DNA from: Eledone cirrhosa | Lineage: Eukaryota | DNA: 64,000 nucleotides | NCBI GenBank assembly: GCA_964016885.1 | Contig: OZ024742.1 | Span: 306,094,001 to 306,158,000 of the forward strand | Reading direction: 5' to 3' | Shown: one piece after another, positions 11,177-24,873 of the stretch | Numbering within the stretch: the first letter of the stretch is position 1 | Layout of the letters: each line of letters starts with the position of its first letter | Program-made: the position numbers and the translations under genes | The notes under the pieces: model-generated | Seen by the model: only the letters and a program-made list of their open reading frames with translations | The model's database searches: none | What the model was told of the DNA's origin: nothing

Positions 11177-11714
11177 TTTAATTATTATTATTAATAATAT
11201 TAATAATAATAATGTCCGTTTACAATTGTTTCGCTTCTCCATATAATATTTCTGGATCAAATGACTATATATCATTATTGATCTGATTCAGTTAAAAATA
11301 ATTAACATATTTAAAAACAGAGCGGCTCACCGGAACTTCAACGGAATATAAATTAAGGTAAGGAGAGAATGTTACATAATGTAATGTTCCATATATTGGT
11401 ATTTCACTACGGTCTCCTGGGTCTTTCAATTGTCAGGCATAATCAAGCAGTATTCATCTGTCGAGGCTACATTGTGTGAGATCTGCCTATGGGTAACAAG
11501 ATGGCCACCAATGGACATATTTACCTTACTAATTAGAGGGTAGTTTCAGGGGAAGTAACTCCTCGAGAGATTAGAAATTGTAGGTAGTTTATAATTAAGT
11601 GCTAATTTTTTAATTTTTTAATTGAGAGACAATGTAGGGGAGGTAACTTATAATTATCTAAGTTAGTTATAGCTATTTAACTTATTAGCTACAAGTAAAA
11701 ATGGGGCTAGATGG

Positions 11715-12532
11715 CTATGTTGGGTCAAATATTCTGTTGGCGAAGGAATTAGCCCTTCGATGTTGACAGCTAATAGTTACCTCCGTTCTATCGTTAATCG
11801 GTAGAAGTCGTGATAGAGTTATGTAATATGCTTCGGTAATACAGAAATCACAAGATTTTATTCGTCCATTAGACGGTTGGGCCCTAGCTAAAACATCCCA
11901 TGTTAGTGAGTGTTCAATGTTGGTTAATTTAAGGTTTTTTATGAGCCTAGCTATAGAAGTTGAACATCTGTTGTTTGGGTCTCGGAAGGAAAAAGAGTGC
12001 GCGTTATAGCGTACCTTAAAAAGGTTATAGGTAGACCCGATATAGGAGCTGCTATTCGAGGCAGTTTTAACCGTGCACCTATATACTATGTTGGGTGTCA
12101 GGCAGTGTCCATTTAGTGGGCATGCATTAGGGTAACGGCAGTTGAAGTTGCTTCTGCGGTTAGTGAGAGTAGGGTAGTATAGCCTAAGCGGTTGGTCAGT
12201 GTTAGAAGGATTAGATGGGGGAAGTATGCTACTAGAGTAAGTATTGGTGTAGTGGCGTGGTGTATTTGATACCGCGGTGTGGGAGTTATACTGTCTTAGT
12301 TAATGATGGTTACTGAATGCGATGTGGTTAGCTAGGTTAGGTGTTGTGGAGAATGAGATTTTAATGTTATTTTTATTAAAGAGTTTGTAATATCTATGGT
12401 TGGGCGGGAAATGTTTAGATAGGATAGAGAAGAAGCGTTTAGGGATATTACTGGCTAGATTAGATGAGAATGGGGGGTTAAGCCAGGTGATATTTCTAGG
12501 CCTATTCCTTCTAGGGGTTCTAGTGGAGTTGG
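11715..12532 (-). pseudogene. PLE linker plus GIY-YIG endonuclease remnant
   Basis: RNITWLNPPFS...IKISFSTTPN; FNCRYPNACPLNGHCLTPNIVY...YIGST...RYNAH; C-terminal CDFCITE after a frameshift. Confidence 0.88.
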
Positions 12533-13588
12533 AGATGTTCGACATCTCTTGCTACGCTCATTAAAAACCTTAAATTAACCAACATTGAACACTCACTAAC
12601 ATGGGATATTTTAACCAGGGCCCAATCGTTCAATGGACGAAGAAAATCTTGTGATCTCTGTACCGAAGTATATTACATAATTTTATCAAGACCTCTACCG
12701 ATTAACGATAGAACGAAGGTAACTATTAGCTCTGAACATCGAAGGGCTAATTCCTTCGCCGACAGAATATTTGACCCAACATAGCCATCTAGCCCCATTT
12801 TTACTTGTAGCTAATAAGTTAAATAGCTATATCTAACTTAGATAATTATAAGTTACCTCCCCTACATTGTCTCTCAATTAAAAAATTAAAAAATTAGCAC
12901 TTAACTATAAACTACCCCCAATTTCTAATCTCTCGAGGAGTTACTTCCCCTGAAACCACCCTCTAATTAGTACGGTAAATATGTCCATTGGTGGCCATCT
13001 TGTTACCCATATGCAGATCTCACACAATGCAGCCTCGACAGATGAATACTGCTTGATTATGGCTAACAATTGATACAGCAAGGACACCATAGGGAAATAC
13101 CAATATATGGAACACTACATTATGTAACATCCTCTCCTTATCTTAATTTATATTCCGTTGAAGTTCCGATGAGCCGCTCTATTTTTAAATATGTTAATTA
13201 TTTTCAAATGAATCAGACCAATAATGATATATAGTCATTTGATCCAGAAATATTATATGGAGTAGCGATATAATTGTAAACGGACATTATTATTATTAAT
13301 ATTATTATTATTATTCTCTACATTCCTTACATCAAACTAAAATATGTTGACAATCTTTTAATAATGTCTTCCCTGTGAAATGTGTGGTCTTGTTTTGCTT
13401 AACTAATGAATATTTCCAGCTCTGGGCGCTTAACTTCTGCATGAACCCAGCCACCTGGCTGCTTTCTACTGCATATTGCACATTGAGCACATGCCTTTAC
13501 GCTTTGGCTTCTAACTAATTCACCAATCTCTCCTATCTCCTCTCCTCTCTCTATCTCTCTCTTTAAGATTGGTTACTCTTGTACTGTG

Positions 13589-13664
<76 letters not shown>

Positions 13665-13728
13665 TGGAGAGAGAGACATACAGGCAGAAAACATGTAGGT
13701 TTAGAAAACGGCGAGCGGTGTCTGATAA

Positions 13729-15458
13729 CACCGTGTAACATATTTTTTGTTCCCCGGTTCTAAGTGGCATTTCATGGTTTGCTATATTCCATTATTATAC
13801 AAAAAACACTATTATTTAATCAGAAGTCTCGGTTTGTGGTCAGGAGTTCGATATTTCGAAATTTTCATATTTTTCAAGAAAAAATACATTTCTTTTAAAT
13901 TTATCAGTTCATATAATTAAATCAACAGAGTATATATTTATTTTATTACACAAGCTTATCAAAAGTAAACAAGTAAAAACAAATAACACTTATAAAGCAA
14001 ATTATACACGTCAGAAATGACTGGATTTCCTGGATTTGCGGTGGTAGTCCAGGTCGCATTCCGGCACTAGCCCCCAGATATAGTCTCCCATCATTTTTTT
14101 CATTGTAGTGGCCCTGGTACCTCTGCTCTATATCTTTCACATCTTGGTGGAGTCGTTCACCTTGTTCTTCTGAGTAGGCGCCCATATTGTCCTTGAAATT
14201 TTCCAGGTGAGCGTCCAGCATATGGAGTTTAAGTGACATCCTGCATCCCATGGCACCAAAAGACTTTATCAGATCCTGCACCAGTTGCTGGTAGTTTTCA
14301 GCTCTGTAGTTCCCCAGGAAGCCCTTAACAACTTGAAACAGTTCCATGCTGTTCTCTCAATCCCATTGAGCTTATTGGAGAACTCGATAGACTCAAACAC
14401 CTTCTTTATCTGAGGTCCAACAAAAATTCCGCCTTTGACTTTGGCCTCAGATAACTTGGGGAAGAACTCAAGAAGCTACTTAAAAGCGGCTGATTCTTGA
14501 TTGAGAGCCTTCACAAACTGCTTCATCAACCCCAACTTCATGTGCAGTAGCGGAATGAGCACAATCCTGGGATCAAGCAGTGGCTCTTACATGACGTTCC
14601 GGGTCCCAACTACAAATTCTGTTCGCTGTTCCCAGTTCTTTCTTTTGTAGTGGTCAGAGGTAGCTCTGCTGTCACAAAGGCAGAGGAAGCATGGGAATTT
14701 GATAAAGCCTCCTTGGATTCCAAGCAGAAAAGCCACCATCTTGAAGTCTCCAATAAATTCCCAATTGTACTGGTTGTATTGCAGAGCTTCCAAGAGGACT
14801 TTCACACTGTAGTAATCTTCCTTCAGGCAGACTGAATAAGCTAGGGGCACTGTCGGGAACTTGTTTCTATTGTGGAAGAGGACAGCCTTCAAACTTTTGG
14901 TGGAGCTGTCTATAAATAGCCGCCACTCCTTGGGCACAAACGGCACAACAATAATGTCAAACAGTCCCGACACGTCATGGCAGAAGCAGAAGAGGCCATC
15001 CCTAAGAGTGTAAAAGCCTGAGAAAGGTTCGTGTCGACTTCTCTGACTTGTCACCTGCACTTCCTCCTTGACCAATTCCACTGCTTCATCCTGGAGTCGA
15101 ATGCTTAAAACACAACTTACCCTTTAATCAAGGTGCGAAATCCAGTATCCATAAATCTCTTTAACAATTTTATACTTTATTGCACTTTTATAATATATTT
15201 AGGTATTATTCTTTATTTTATAATTTTAATTTAACCTGAAACATATATTAAAAAAATCATTTAACATAAGCAAATTATAATTACGTACAACGTAAAATCC
15301 AGCATACAAATAATTCTAGTGAATAACTTAGCATTTTTACAAACCCAAACTTTTAACTGTTTAATAGCACTTTTTTCTTTTTATTTGGGACCTAAGCAAC
15401 ACAAAAAAAGTGATTACAAGCCAGGAACAGAGAACATTTTTTTTTTTGTTACACAGTG
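13729..15458 (-). mobile_element. Chapaev3-like (CMC superfamily) DNA transposon, internally deleted
   Basis: Termini CACCGTGTAACA (13729) and TGTTACACAGTG (15458); TAA duplicated at 13726-13728 and 15459-15461; internal transposase remnant. Confidence 0.85.
14011..15100 (-). pseudogene. Chapaev3-type DDE transposase, C-terminal part, with stops and frameshifts
   Basis: WRLFIDSSTKSLKAVL, GDFKM..LLG.QGG..KFPCFLC..DSRA, MSLKLHMLDAH...SEEQGERLHQD; family assignment from recalled motifs plus CAC termini and 3-bp TSD. Confidence 0.82.
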
Positions 15459-15483
15459 TAATTAGATCTTCTAATTCAATTTT

Positions 15484-15593
<110 letters not shown>

Positions 15594-15946
15594 TATGTGA
15601 CGGCTGCATCCTAAAGACATCTGTCGCCACCAAAGCAGTAATTGTTGCAGTTTTGATAATTGCTGTGCATGCTAGTGAGCTTTGCTATATTTTTGAAGGA
15701 GGTGATTAGTTTGCTTTCTTTCAAAAAATTTATGTCTAGTGTGGGATGTACATGTTAGGTTAGGGCGGGTTTTGTGTCGGGGCTGTATTAGTTTTCATTA
15801 TGGTTATGTATATATAAGTATATGTGCATATATATAAGCACATAGACGCACATGCATGCAAACACAAACACACGTAGGCGCTTAGACAGGCAACAGACAA
15901 ACAGACTGAGGACAATTTTATACGCACACACACACATACACACACA

Positions 15947-16008
<62 letters not shown>

Positions 16009-16227
16009 GAGCGTTTCTGTGTGAGTGATTGAATGTGGATAAATGTGCGCATACAGAAATACACACACACACACAAACGCACAAACACACAGACACACAC
16101 ACACACACACACAGACACACACACACGCACACACACACATACACACACATATATATATATATATGTGAGTGTTTGTGATTGAATATGGATATATGTGCGC
16201 ATACAGAAACACACACACACAAACGCA

Positions 16228-16283
<56 letters not shown>

Positions 16284-16484
16284 TATATATATTTATATAA
16301 CCATAGCGTAAATGAATACAGACAAAACTCGGCCCCGACCTAACTCACACATACCACACTAGACATAAAGTAAAAAAGAAAGAAATGAAAACTAATCCTC
16401 TTCAGAAGTCTAGCAAAACTCATCAGCATACATAGCAATTATGGAAATATATAATAATTACTTGTATGATGGTGACCGACGTCA

Positions 16485-16567
<83 letters not shown>

Positions 16568-16570
16568 TTG

Positions 16571-16655
<85 letters not shown>

Positions 16656-16742
16656 TATATATGTATGGCGTTATATGACGGCTACAGACTAATGCCGTCC
16701 GTCACCACCATATCAGTAATTATTATATATTTCCATAATTGC

Positions 16743-16783
<41 letters not shown>

Positions 16784-16785
<2 letters not shown>

Positions 16786-17552
16786 GAGACCTGGGTATAG
16801 ACATGAGCGATGATGCATCTTTTTCCTCACACATCATGAAAGTGGCGACAATGTGCAGACGACTCGCTGGCTGGATCTTGAGGACCTTCCGGACAAGAGA
16901 CCGACATACCATGTTGACACTATGGAGGACATTTGTCCTAAGCCGCCTGGACTATTGCTCCCAGTGTTGGTCACTCCATAGTATCAAACTAACCACGTAG
17001 CTCGAGGCTATCCAGCGAAGCTACACGAAGAGGATTGCCACGATGAAGGAGACAAGCTACTGGGAGAGGCTAAAAGAACTGAACCTCTACTCCTTGGAAC
17101 GAAGACGGGAGAGACACACAGTGATCTACATATGGAAAATCCTGGAGGGACTAGCGCCAAACTTTGGCATTGAGAGCTGGACCAACCGTCGAACAGGACG
17201 TCACTGTGTGGTGCTAAAGGTCCCATATTCCACATCTAGAATAAGGAGCAGATATTGCAATAGTCTGAGATTCAAGGGACCTCAACTCTTCAACAAGCTG
17301 CCGAGGGATCCGAGAGATCTGCATGGTGTGGAGGTGGATGTCTTCAAGAAACATCTTGGCACCTTGCTATCCAGGATCCCGGATGAGCCCACGACAAGGC
17401 ACGAGGGAAACCTAAGGGCGGCAGCAACACGCTCCTTCTTACACCAGTGGCCAACCAATACAGGCTGGAGATAAAATGTGTAGCAACAAGGGCGGTGCTC
17501 GAGCATGGCATCAGCCGGATGGCTGGAACAGGTAAAAGAGTAAAAGAGTAAA
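16784..17552 (+). mobile_element. 5'-truncated CR1-like LINE (RT C-terminus and 3' UTR)
   Basis: RDLGI...[17 protein letters not shown]...SYWERLKELNLYSLERRRER; 3' tail of GTAAAAGA repeats. Confidence 0.9.
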
Positions 17553-17669
17553 TAGTATATATATTATATATGTATATGTACATATACACACATATATACA
17601 TACATACATACATATATATACACACATATTTACATACATGAATACATACATATATATATACATACATAT

Positions 17670-17709
<40 letters not shown>

Positions 17710-18104
17710 GTGTGTGTGTGTATTAGAAGAGTTATATGTGTCCCATTCCATCCACACACACACATACGCACACAAACACACGTACACAGACATGCAAACA
17801 AATACACAGCCTTTTTCTCACGCTTTCTCCTTTCTCTTTCTGAAACTCTCTCTCTCTTCCTTTCTTTCAGTCATACACTTATATGGTCGCATAAACATGC
17901 ACCCATATATATTAAACAGAACTAAATGTTTTTAAAATATTTCAATTCTCTATGAAGGTGCATAAAAAATGAATTATAAAAATGGTGGTAGCATACCCAA
18001 ATATAAAAACGATGAGTGAATGTAATCATAATCATACATATATGCATATGTTAGAGTGTATGCGTATGCTTTAATTGTGTAAGTGCTTATATCTGTTTCT
18101 CTCA

Positions 18105-18400
18105 ATGTGTGTGTGTGTTTCTGTATGTGTGTGTGTGTGTATGTTTATGTGTGTTTCTGTGTGTTTGTGTGTGTTTGTGTGTGTGTGTGTTTGTATGTAT
18201 TTGTGTGTGTGTTTGTGTGTGTGTTTGTGTGTGTTTGTGTGTGTGTCTGTTTGTATGTATTTGTGTGTGTGTTTGTGTGTTTGTGTGTGTTTGTGTGTGT
18301 GTCTGTTTTAATTTCAGTTCCTGTAGAATGTAATAGTTCATAGCACAATGTATGAAAGTAATGATGTACGTGAGTTTGTGTGTGTGTGTGTGTGTGTGTT

Positions 18401-18433
<33 letters not shown>

Positions 18434-18793
18434 CTGTGTGTTTCTGTGTTTCTGTGTGTGTGTGTATGTATGTATTTGTATGTGTATGTGTGTGTGTGTT
18501 TGTGTGTGTGTTTCTGTTTGTTTCTGTGTGTTTGTGTGTTTGTGTGTGTTTGTGTGTGTGGTTGTGTGTATGTGTGTGTGTGTGTGTGTTTGTGTGTGTG
18601 TTTGTGTGTGTGTTTATGTGTGTGTGTGTGTGTGTGTTTCTGTGTGTTTCTGTGTGTTTCTGTGTTTCTGTGTGTGTGTGTATGTATGTATTTGTATGTG
18701 TATGTGTGTGTGTGTTTGTGTGTGTGTTTGTGTGTGTGTTTCTGTTTGTTTCTGTGTGTTTGTGTGTTTGTGTGTATTTGTGTGTGTGGTTGT

Positions 18794-18852
<59 letters not shown>

Positions 18853-18905
18853 TGTGTGTTTGTGTTTGTGTTTGTTTGTATGTGTGTGTGTGTGTGTGTT
18901 TGTGT

Positions 18906-18944
<39 letters not shown>

Positions 18945-19012
18945 TGTGTGTGTCTGTTTTAATTTCAGTTCCTGTAGAATGTAATAGTTCATAGCACAAT
19001 GTATGAAAGTAA
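18105..19012. repeat. Compound TG-rich satellite with higher-order duplication
   Basis: Interrupted (TG)n; a 60-bp unique tag (tctgttttaatttcag...gaaagtaa) occurs at 18303 and 18953. Confidence 0.85.
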
Positions 19013-19127
19013 GAAATGCTGAAATGGAGGTGGAAGAATGTTGATGTGGATAGATTTGATAGAGATGGGAGGAGCTACGTCGGAGATATCAGCAAGGTTG
19101 TAGTAAATGTAGACAAGGATGAAACGA

Positions 19128-19181
<54 letters not shown>

Positions 19182-19426
19182 GAGATCTAGAAAGATAAAA
19201 AGAGATGGAGTGAGGAGGTGTAGAAATAGATGTGAGAGAATGAGAGAGGGTTATGTTGGGGGCAGGGATATACAGAGAAGCACATGATAGAGAAAGAGAG
19301 TGAGAAAGAGAGAATGAAAGAGAGAAAGGGTAGTGAGAGAAAGGGATGAGAGAGAGAGGTGAAAAAGGCGAGTTCAACAAAGATAAGAGAGAGTATGTGA
19401 GAGAAGGAAGATAGTGAAAGAAAAAG

Positions 19427-19506
<80 letters not shown>

Positions 19507-19728
19507 TAGGGTGGTAAATAAAAGAGAAAGAGAGGGCGAATGGGTGGCGAGAACTGAGAGGGAGTGACTAAGAAAGAGAGAGGGGTGTGTGAGAGAGAAG
19601 GAGAGTGAAAGAGAGAAGGAGAGGAATAAAATAGAAGTAGTGGAAAGAGAAACGGGTAAAAGAGAGAGAAGGGATAGGCGTGAGAGATACATGTGCATGT
19701 TGAATGAGTGCAAATGAATGAATTATAA

Positions 19729-19907
19729 GTGTTTCTACTTTAGGCACAAGGCCAGCAATTACCCAGTACATTACTGGTACTTTATTTTATCGACCCCGTA
19801 AGGATGAGAGGCAAAGTTAACCTTGCCGGAATTTGAACTCAGACCGTAAAAGGATGTAAGTACGCTGGAAAGCATGTCCGACCCTCTACCGATACTGCCA
19901 ATTCACC
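19729..19907 (-). mobile_element. tRNA-derived SINE with 11-bp TSD
   Basis: Same family as 10992-11176; ATGAATTATAA at 19718-19728 and 19908-19918. Confidence 0.88.
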
Positions 19908-20019
19908 ATGAATTATAATGGTAGGTTGTACGTTTAGTTATCCAGAAAGAGGCGTATATCACACTTGTATATATATATACATGTAATACACTGCTTTATA
20001 CAAATATCATTGTTTATAC

Positions 20020-20064
<45 letters not shown>

Positions 20065-20066
20065 AT

Positions 20067-20112
<46 letters not shown>

Positions 20113-20117
20113 ATAGC

Positions 20118-20160
<43 letters not shown>

Positions 20161-20161
20161 A

Positions 20162-20263
<102 letters not shown>

Positions 20264-20264
20264 C

Positions 20265-20306
<42 letters not shown>

Positions 20307-20330
20307 ATATGTATGTATATACATACAAGT

Positions 20331-20396
<66 letters not shown>

Positions 20397-20475
20397 CACA
20401 CACATATATATATATATATATACATATATATGTGTGTGTGTGTGTGTGTGTATGTATATGTATGTATATACATAT

Positions 20476-20748
20476 AAAGGTTAAAGACCCACTTCGGTCA
20501 CGAATTACCATGGTATTTTCACCTAGAAAGTTCTCCTCCGAGGCACAAGTCCAGGCAAGTCACCCATACATACACGTCTCTCCTCTCCACGCCACCAATG
20601 TGGTCCATCAGCTTGGCACAAGTAACGCCGCAACTCCTTACTACAGCTGTGTGAACTTGAGAAACGTGAAATAAAGTGTCTTGCTCAAGAACACAACCCA
20701 GAGCCCGGTCTGAGAATCGACGCACTAATCACTGAACTATGCACCCTT
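20476..20748 (-). mobile_element. Second SINE-like family, decayed
   Basis: GTGTTCTTGAGCAAGACACTTTATTTCAC on -; second copy at about 21608-21905. Confidence 0.55.
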
Positions 20749-20808
<60 letters not shown>

Positions 20809-21075
20809 GGAGAGAGAGAGAGAGAGAGAGAAAGAGAGGGATAGGGAGAGAGGAGGAGTGAGACAAAGTTGAGACAGAGACAGACTTATAGGGGTCCTTT
20901 ATCTTTGCAGACAAAGTTCGACGAAAATGTTGACATCAGGAAATGAATATAATATATGAAAACAAGTTACCATATATGTCTATATTCAAATTGCGTAAAT
21001 AATTGCCCCATGTAGCAATTGTTTTAGTTTCAACACACGATCTCAGATCGTCACCTACCAGACTAGTACAACTTC

Positions 21076-21292
21076 GTGAATTGGCAGAATCGGTAGAGCG
21101 TCGGACAACATACTTAACATTATCGAGTTATTGCCCTTTATGTTCTGAGTTCAAATCTCACCGAAGTTAGCTTTGGCTTTCATGCTTACAGTTTCGATAA
21201 AATGAAGTATCAGTAAAGCACTGGGGTTGATTTAATCGACTTTCCCCTTCCCCAATATTGTTGGCCTAGTCCCTAAATCAGAAACCATTATT
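21076..21292 (+). mobile_element. tRNA-derived SINE, older and longer variant
   Basis: TGGCAGAATCGG, GAGTTCAAATC, decayed central domain, 3' end ...tcagaaaccattatt. Confidence 0.75.
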
Positions 21293-21607
21293 TTATCTGT
21301 TGTACACCGCATGATCCCATTTTGTATATGGGATCATTATTCTATTTGATGTAGAATATTGTTAGAATTTCAGTACACTAGGGCTGTCAGAAATGTATTA
21401 TGAAGAGACTGTTGATATTACTTTGCAAATAAAGTAAATGATAAATTTCCTGCTAAACAGATTTCTTCGTCTAATAAGAGTATTAATTCGTATATGTTGG
21501 TTGTGGTTGTTTTTTAACCACAAGTTATCTGTGATTCCAAAAACCTAAGATTGAAGTGGTTTCCAGCTCTGACATTTTTGTCTTTTTTTTTTATATATTT
21601 CATACAT

Positions 21608-21905
21608 AAAGACCACGTACGGTTACAAATTACCATGGATTTAGCACCAAGATAATTCCTCTCCAGGACACAAGCCAGGACAAGGTGTATTTATCTCCCC
21701 GTCACAGATGTTGTCAAAGGTAAGGTTAAAGGCCGAGACATCGTTACACCAGAGACGTCGCAACTCATTTCTGCCGCATAGTGAACCGGAGCAAAATAAA
21801 ATAAAGCATCTTACTCAAGGACAAAATGCATCTCTGTGATCTGCATCGAACACAAAACTTCACAATTGTGCATACAACACTCTCACTACTAAGCCTAGTT
21901 TCTTC
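21608..21905 (-). mobile_element. Second SINE-like family, decayed copy
   Basis: Colinear with 20476-20748. Confidence 0.5.
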
Positions 21906-22652
21906 AATTTATATACTTTAGACTGCATTGTTTCGTGTATCTTTACGATTTCAAAGCAATAGTTTAGGATTTCAGGAAGTTTAGTTTGCTATAAATATCA
22001 AAGAAATCGGCCTCTTTATTTGTTTGTGCCATCATATTTCTGCTTGAACCAAGAAGTGGACGTTCACTAGCAGAAAATCTCCATACCCATAGATATCTTA
22101 GTCTACATCATACTGAGTAACTCATTGAGCAACAAGTATCTTCCATCGCACACTATCCACCGCTGGTCAATTGCATTCATTCCTGATCTAACATACACTA
22201 TGTCAATATATAAAACGAGCGAGCCACGACAGGAATAAATGTGAACACAAGTTCCTCCAGTGGTCATGGAGTGTACCACAACTTTTTGGACAATATATAT
22301 CTTACCATTAACATATATCTACACAATGGTATTACATTCAATATAAATTCTATGTTCCCTATAATTTTGACACTTCACAATTCTTGAACGTGACGTCTCT
22401 CTTACTTAGACATTGAATGCCCTTCAATCAATCTATCGTCACATATCTATCGATCCATCTGTACATTATCTATCATTTTACAGCAAAGTACATGTGAATT
22501 ATGCATGCTTGTGTATATGTACGCGAGTGTTCCTCCTGTATTTGCATACACACACATACATATATATATATATATGCATATATATATATATACACACATA
22601 AGCATATACATATATACATATATATACTTTCACACGCAAACATACATACATC

Positions 22653-22690
<38 letters not shown>

Positions 22691-23342
22691 CATACGCACA
22701 CATATACATATATATATATATAATAAAAATTGAATGCATATTTATGTGAAATATGAGATATATTCGATTGAAGAATATATATTGACAAACACAACAATAA
22801 AACTGCTGATCTGCATATCTCTTTGCAAGTGCCAACAAAACTTAGGAATTATAGAAATATAGACATTGAAATGCCAGCAAGGAGATAAGCAATGATACAA
22901 TATCACATACAAACGTGAACGTTTGATTAAAATTCTTTCATTTGGTAATAATGCAACTTACTGTAAGTCACACACAGACTCACACGTATACACACATGCA
23001 CTCACAAACAGATATGCACACACACTCACGCGCCCACATACACAAATACACACACACACGCTATAGACAAATTGGCAAAACTTTACATATCAACATATAT
23101 ATATGTTATATATGTTTATATAGAGAGGATGGTAGTAAGTGTTTCCATGTAGACGAATATATATATATTTATTTCATGTTTTCATTTGAGGCTTTCAGTG
23201 TGTCTGGGACATTTAGGTTCTCAAACCATCATGAAGGTTCCCAGATCTTTTACACTGTTTTTTTTTTATTAAATCTTAAAATCTTGTCGGGACTTCTATA
23301 ACGTGCGAGTATATTGTCACCTAATATTTCCCCACCTTATTC

Positions 23343-23379
<37 letters not shown>

Positions 23380-23386
<7 letters not shown>

Positions 23387-23780
23387 TGGATACGTACTTA
23401 CATATATGCATACAGACGTACAGTAGTATCAATACATATATACATACATGTATACATATATACATACAGCGTTTCTTTGTCAGTGTTGAACAAATGAGCA
23501 ACGATAGTTGCTAGACACTGTACGGCTTAATTCGGGATGTTTGTTTACAAACACACCGAGCATTATAATAAATGTTCGGTGAATCCATACGTACATATAT
23601 ATATGTGTGCATGTATGTATATATGTATACATACTACTGTACGTCTGTATACATATATGTATGTACGTATACATATTTATATTTAAGTAACGGCCGTACT
23701 AAGAGTGAGAAATGAAATTTCGTGTCATTTTTTCCGTTTATATAAATATATAAACGGAAAAATGAAACAAAATTTCATAT
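23380..23780. repeat. Two adjacent small fold-backs
   Basis: 23380-23467 inverted relative to 23585-23680; 23712-23778 is a near-perfect palindrome. Confidence 0.7.
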
Positions 23781-23911
23781 ATATAAATGAAAGTATAGAA
23801 ATTATTGTGAGCGTGAAGCCAACAGTATTTGATAATATGTAAGGGACTATAACGTCAAAATGGAAAATAATTAACGTAAGATGTGGGAAACTAATTCCAA
23901 CTCGATTAAAA

Positions 23912-23960
<49 letters not shown>

Positions 23961-23976
23961 TAAAATAACAGATTAA

Positions 23977-24027
23977 AGTTTAAGCAAAGAATAGCTGCTT
24001 TCACCCTTAACGGGATCTTCTGAAACT
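23977..24027 (-). ncRNA. Type I hammerhead-like motif, CAGAAGA core (inverted copy)
   Basis: AGTTT-CAGAAGA-tCCC gttaa GGGt-GAAA-GCA gctattctt TGC-TT-AAACT. Confidence 0.68.
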
Positions 24028-24695
24028 AACAAAGTCAATCTGTAAACGCAGAAGTGGATATTTCAAAAAACGTTGCAACCGGAGGAAGACAGGAAGACGA
24101 TATTTTGGTTTGTGGAAACGTTCGCTGGCAAAGAACGGGAAAAACGAATATAATACGTCATTAATAGTAGCGGTGAAAAACAATTACGCGCAAAGGAAGA
24201 ACCACGTTTATGGTATAAAAGAGGTCGTAGACTAATGTTCTCTTAGGTGGTTCATGGAGACGTTCTCTGGCAATGAACAAAAAAAACGAAGATAATACGT
24301 CATATGTGGAGCATGGAGAACAATAGCACGCAATGACAAGACCACGTAAATGGTATAGCAGAAGTCGGAGACTAAAATTCTAACTATGAGACCGAATGAA
24401 TCTCCGCTACAGAGTTAAGAACAAAGTAAATAAATACAATACAGAAGTAATAGAAAGAAAGAAATACATACACACAAACAAATACGTACATACACAAGCA
24501 TACGCAAAACACTTACCATAGATATACAAAACCACGCACATATAACTATGTGTGTGTGTATGCGTGTATACAAATAAATGAATAATTATATAAACGTATA
24601 TAAATAAATAAATACGTATATAACAAGCGCACACACATACCTACATGTAAATACACGAATGTTCGGAGACGTAAGTCAACCAAAACAACTTTGTT

Positions 24696-24746
24696 AGTTT
24701 CAGAAGATCCCGTTAAGGGTGAAAGCAGAAATTCTTTGCTTAAACT
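24696..24746 (+). ncRNA. Type I hammerhead-like motif, CAGAAGA core (U4>A)
   Basis: AGTTT-CAGAAGA-tCCC gttaa GGGt-GAAA-GCA gaaattctt TGC-TT-AAACT. Confidence 0.68.
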
Positions 24747-24873
24747 TTAATCTGTTATTTTAATAAATATTTGCTCTACGGTTCTTATATATTTGATATA
24801 TATTTATCCTTATCGAGCCCTCTTTGGATTTTAGTCTTCAAATTTATTATTATTACTATATATATATATATAT

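Larger units (their letters stand above)
10872..13413 (-). mobile_element. 5'-truncated PLE with inverted duplicate of its 3' part
   Basis: 12533-13413 is the reverse complement of 10872-11969 except for a SINE present only in the left arm; EN-coding sequence on -. Confidence 0.9.
23955..24857 (+). mobile_element. Non-coding HHR element (family F) with short inverted terminal copy
   Basis: 23955-24034 is the reverse complement of 24689-24770; internal duplication with period about 142 bp; (TA)n on both sides. Confidence 0.8.

Noticed and set aside
13345-13395. Possible HHR at the end of the 10.9-13.4 kb PLE (TTAATAA...GAAA...GTC-TTGT)
   Set aside because: Stems II and III do not pair convincingly in either arm
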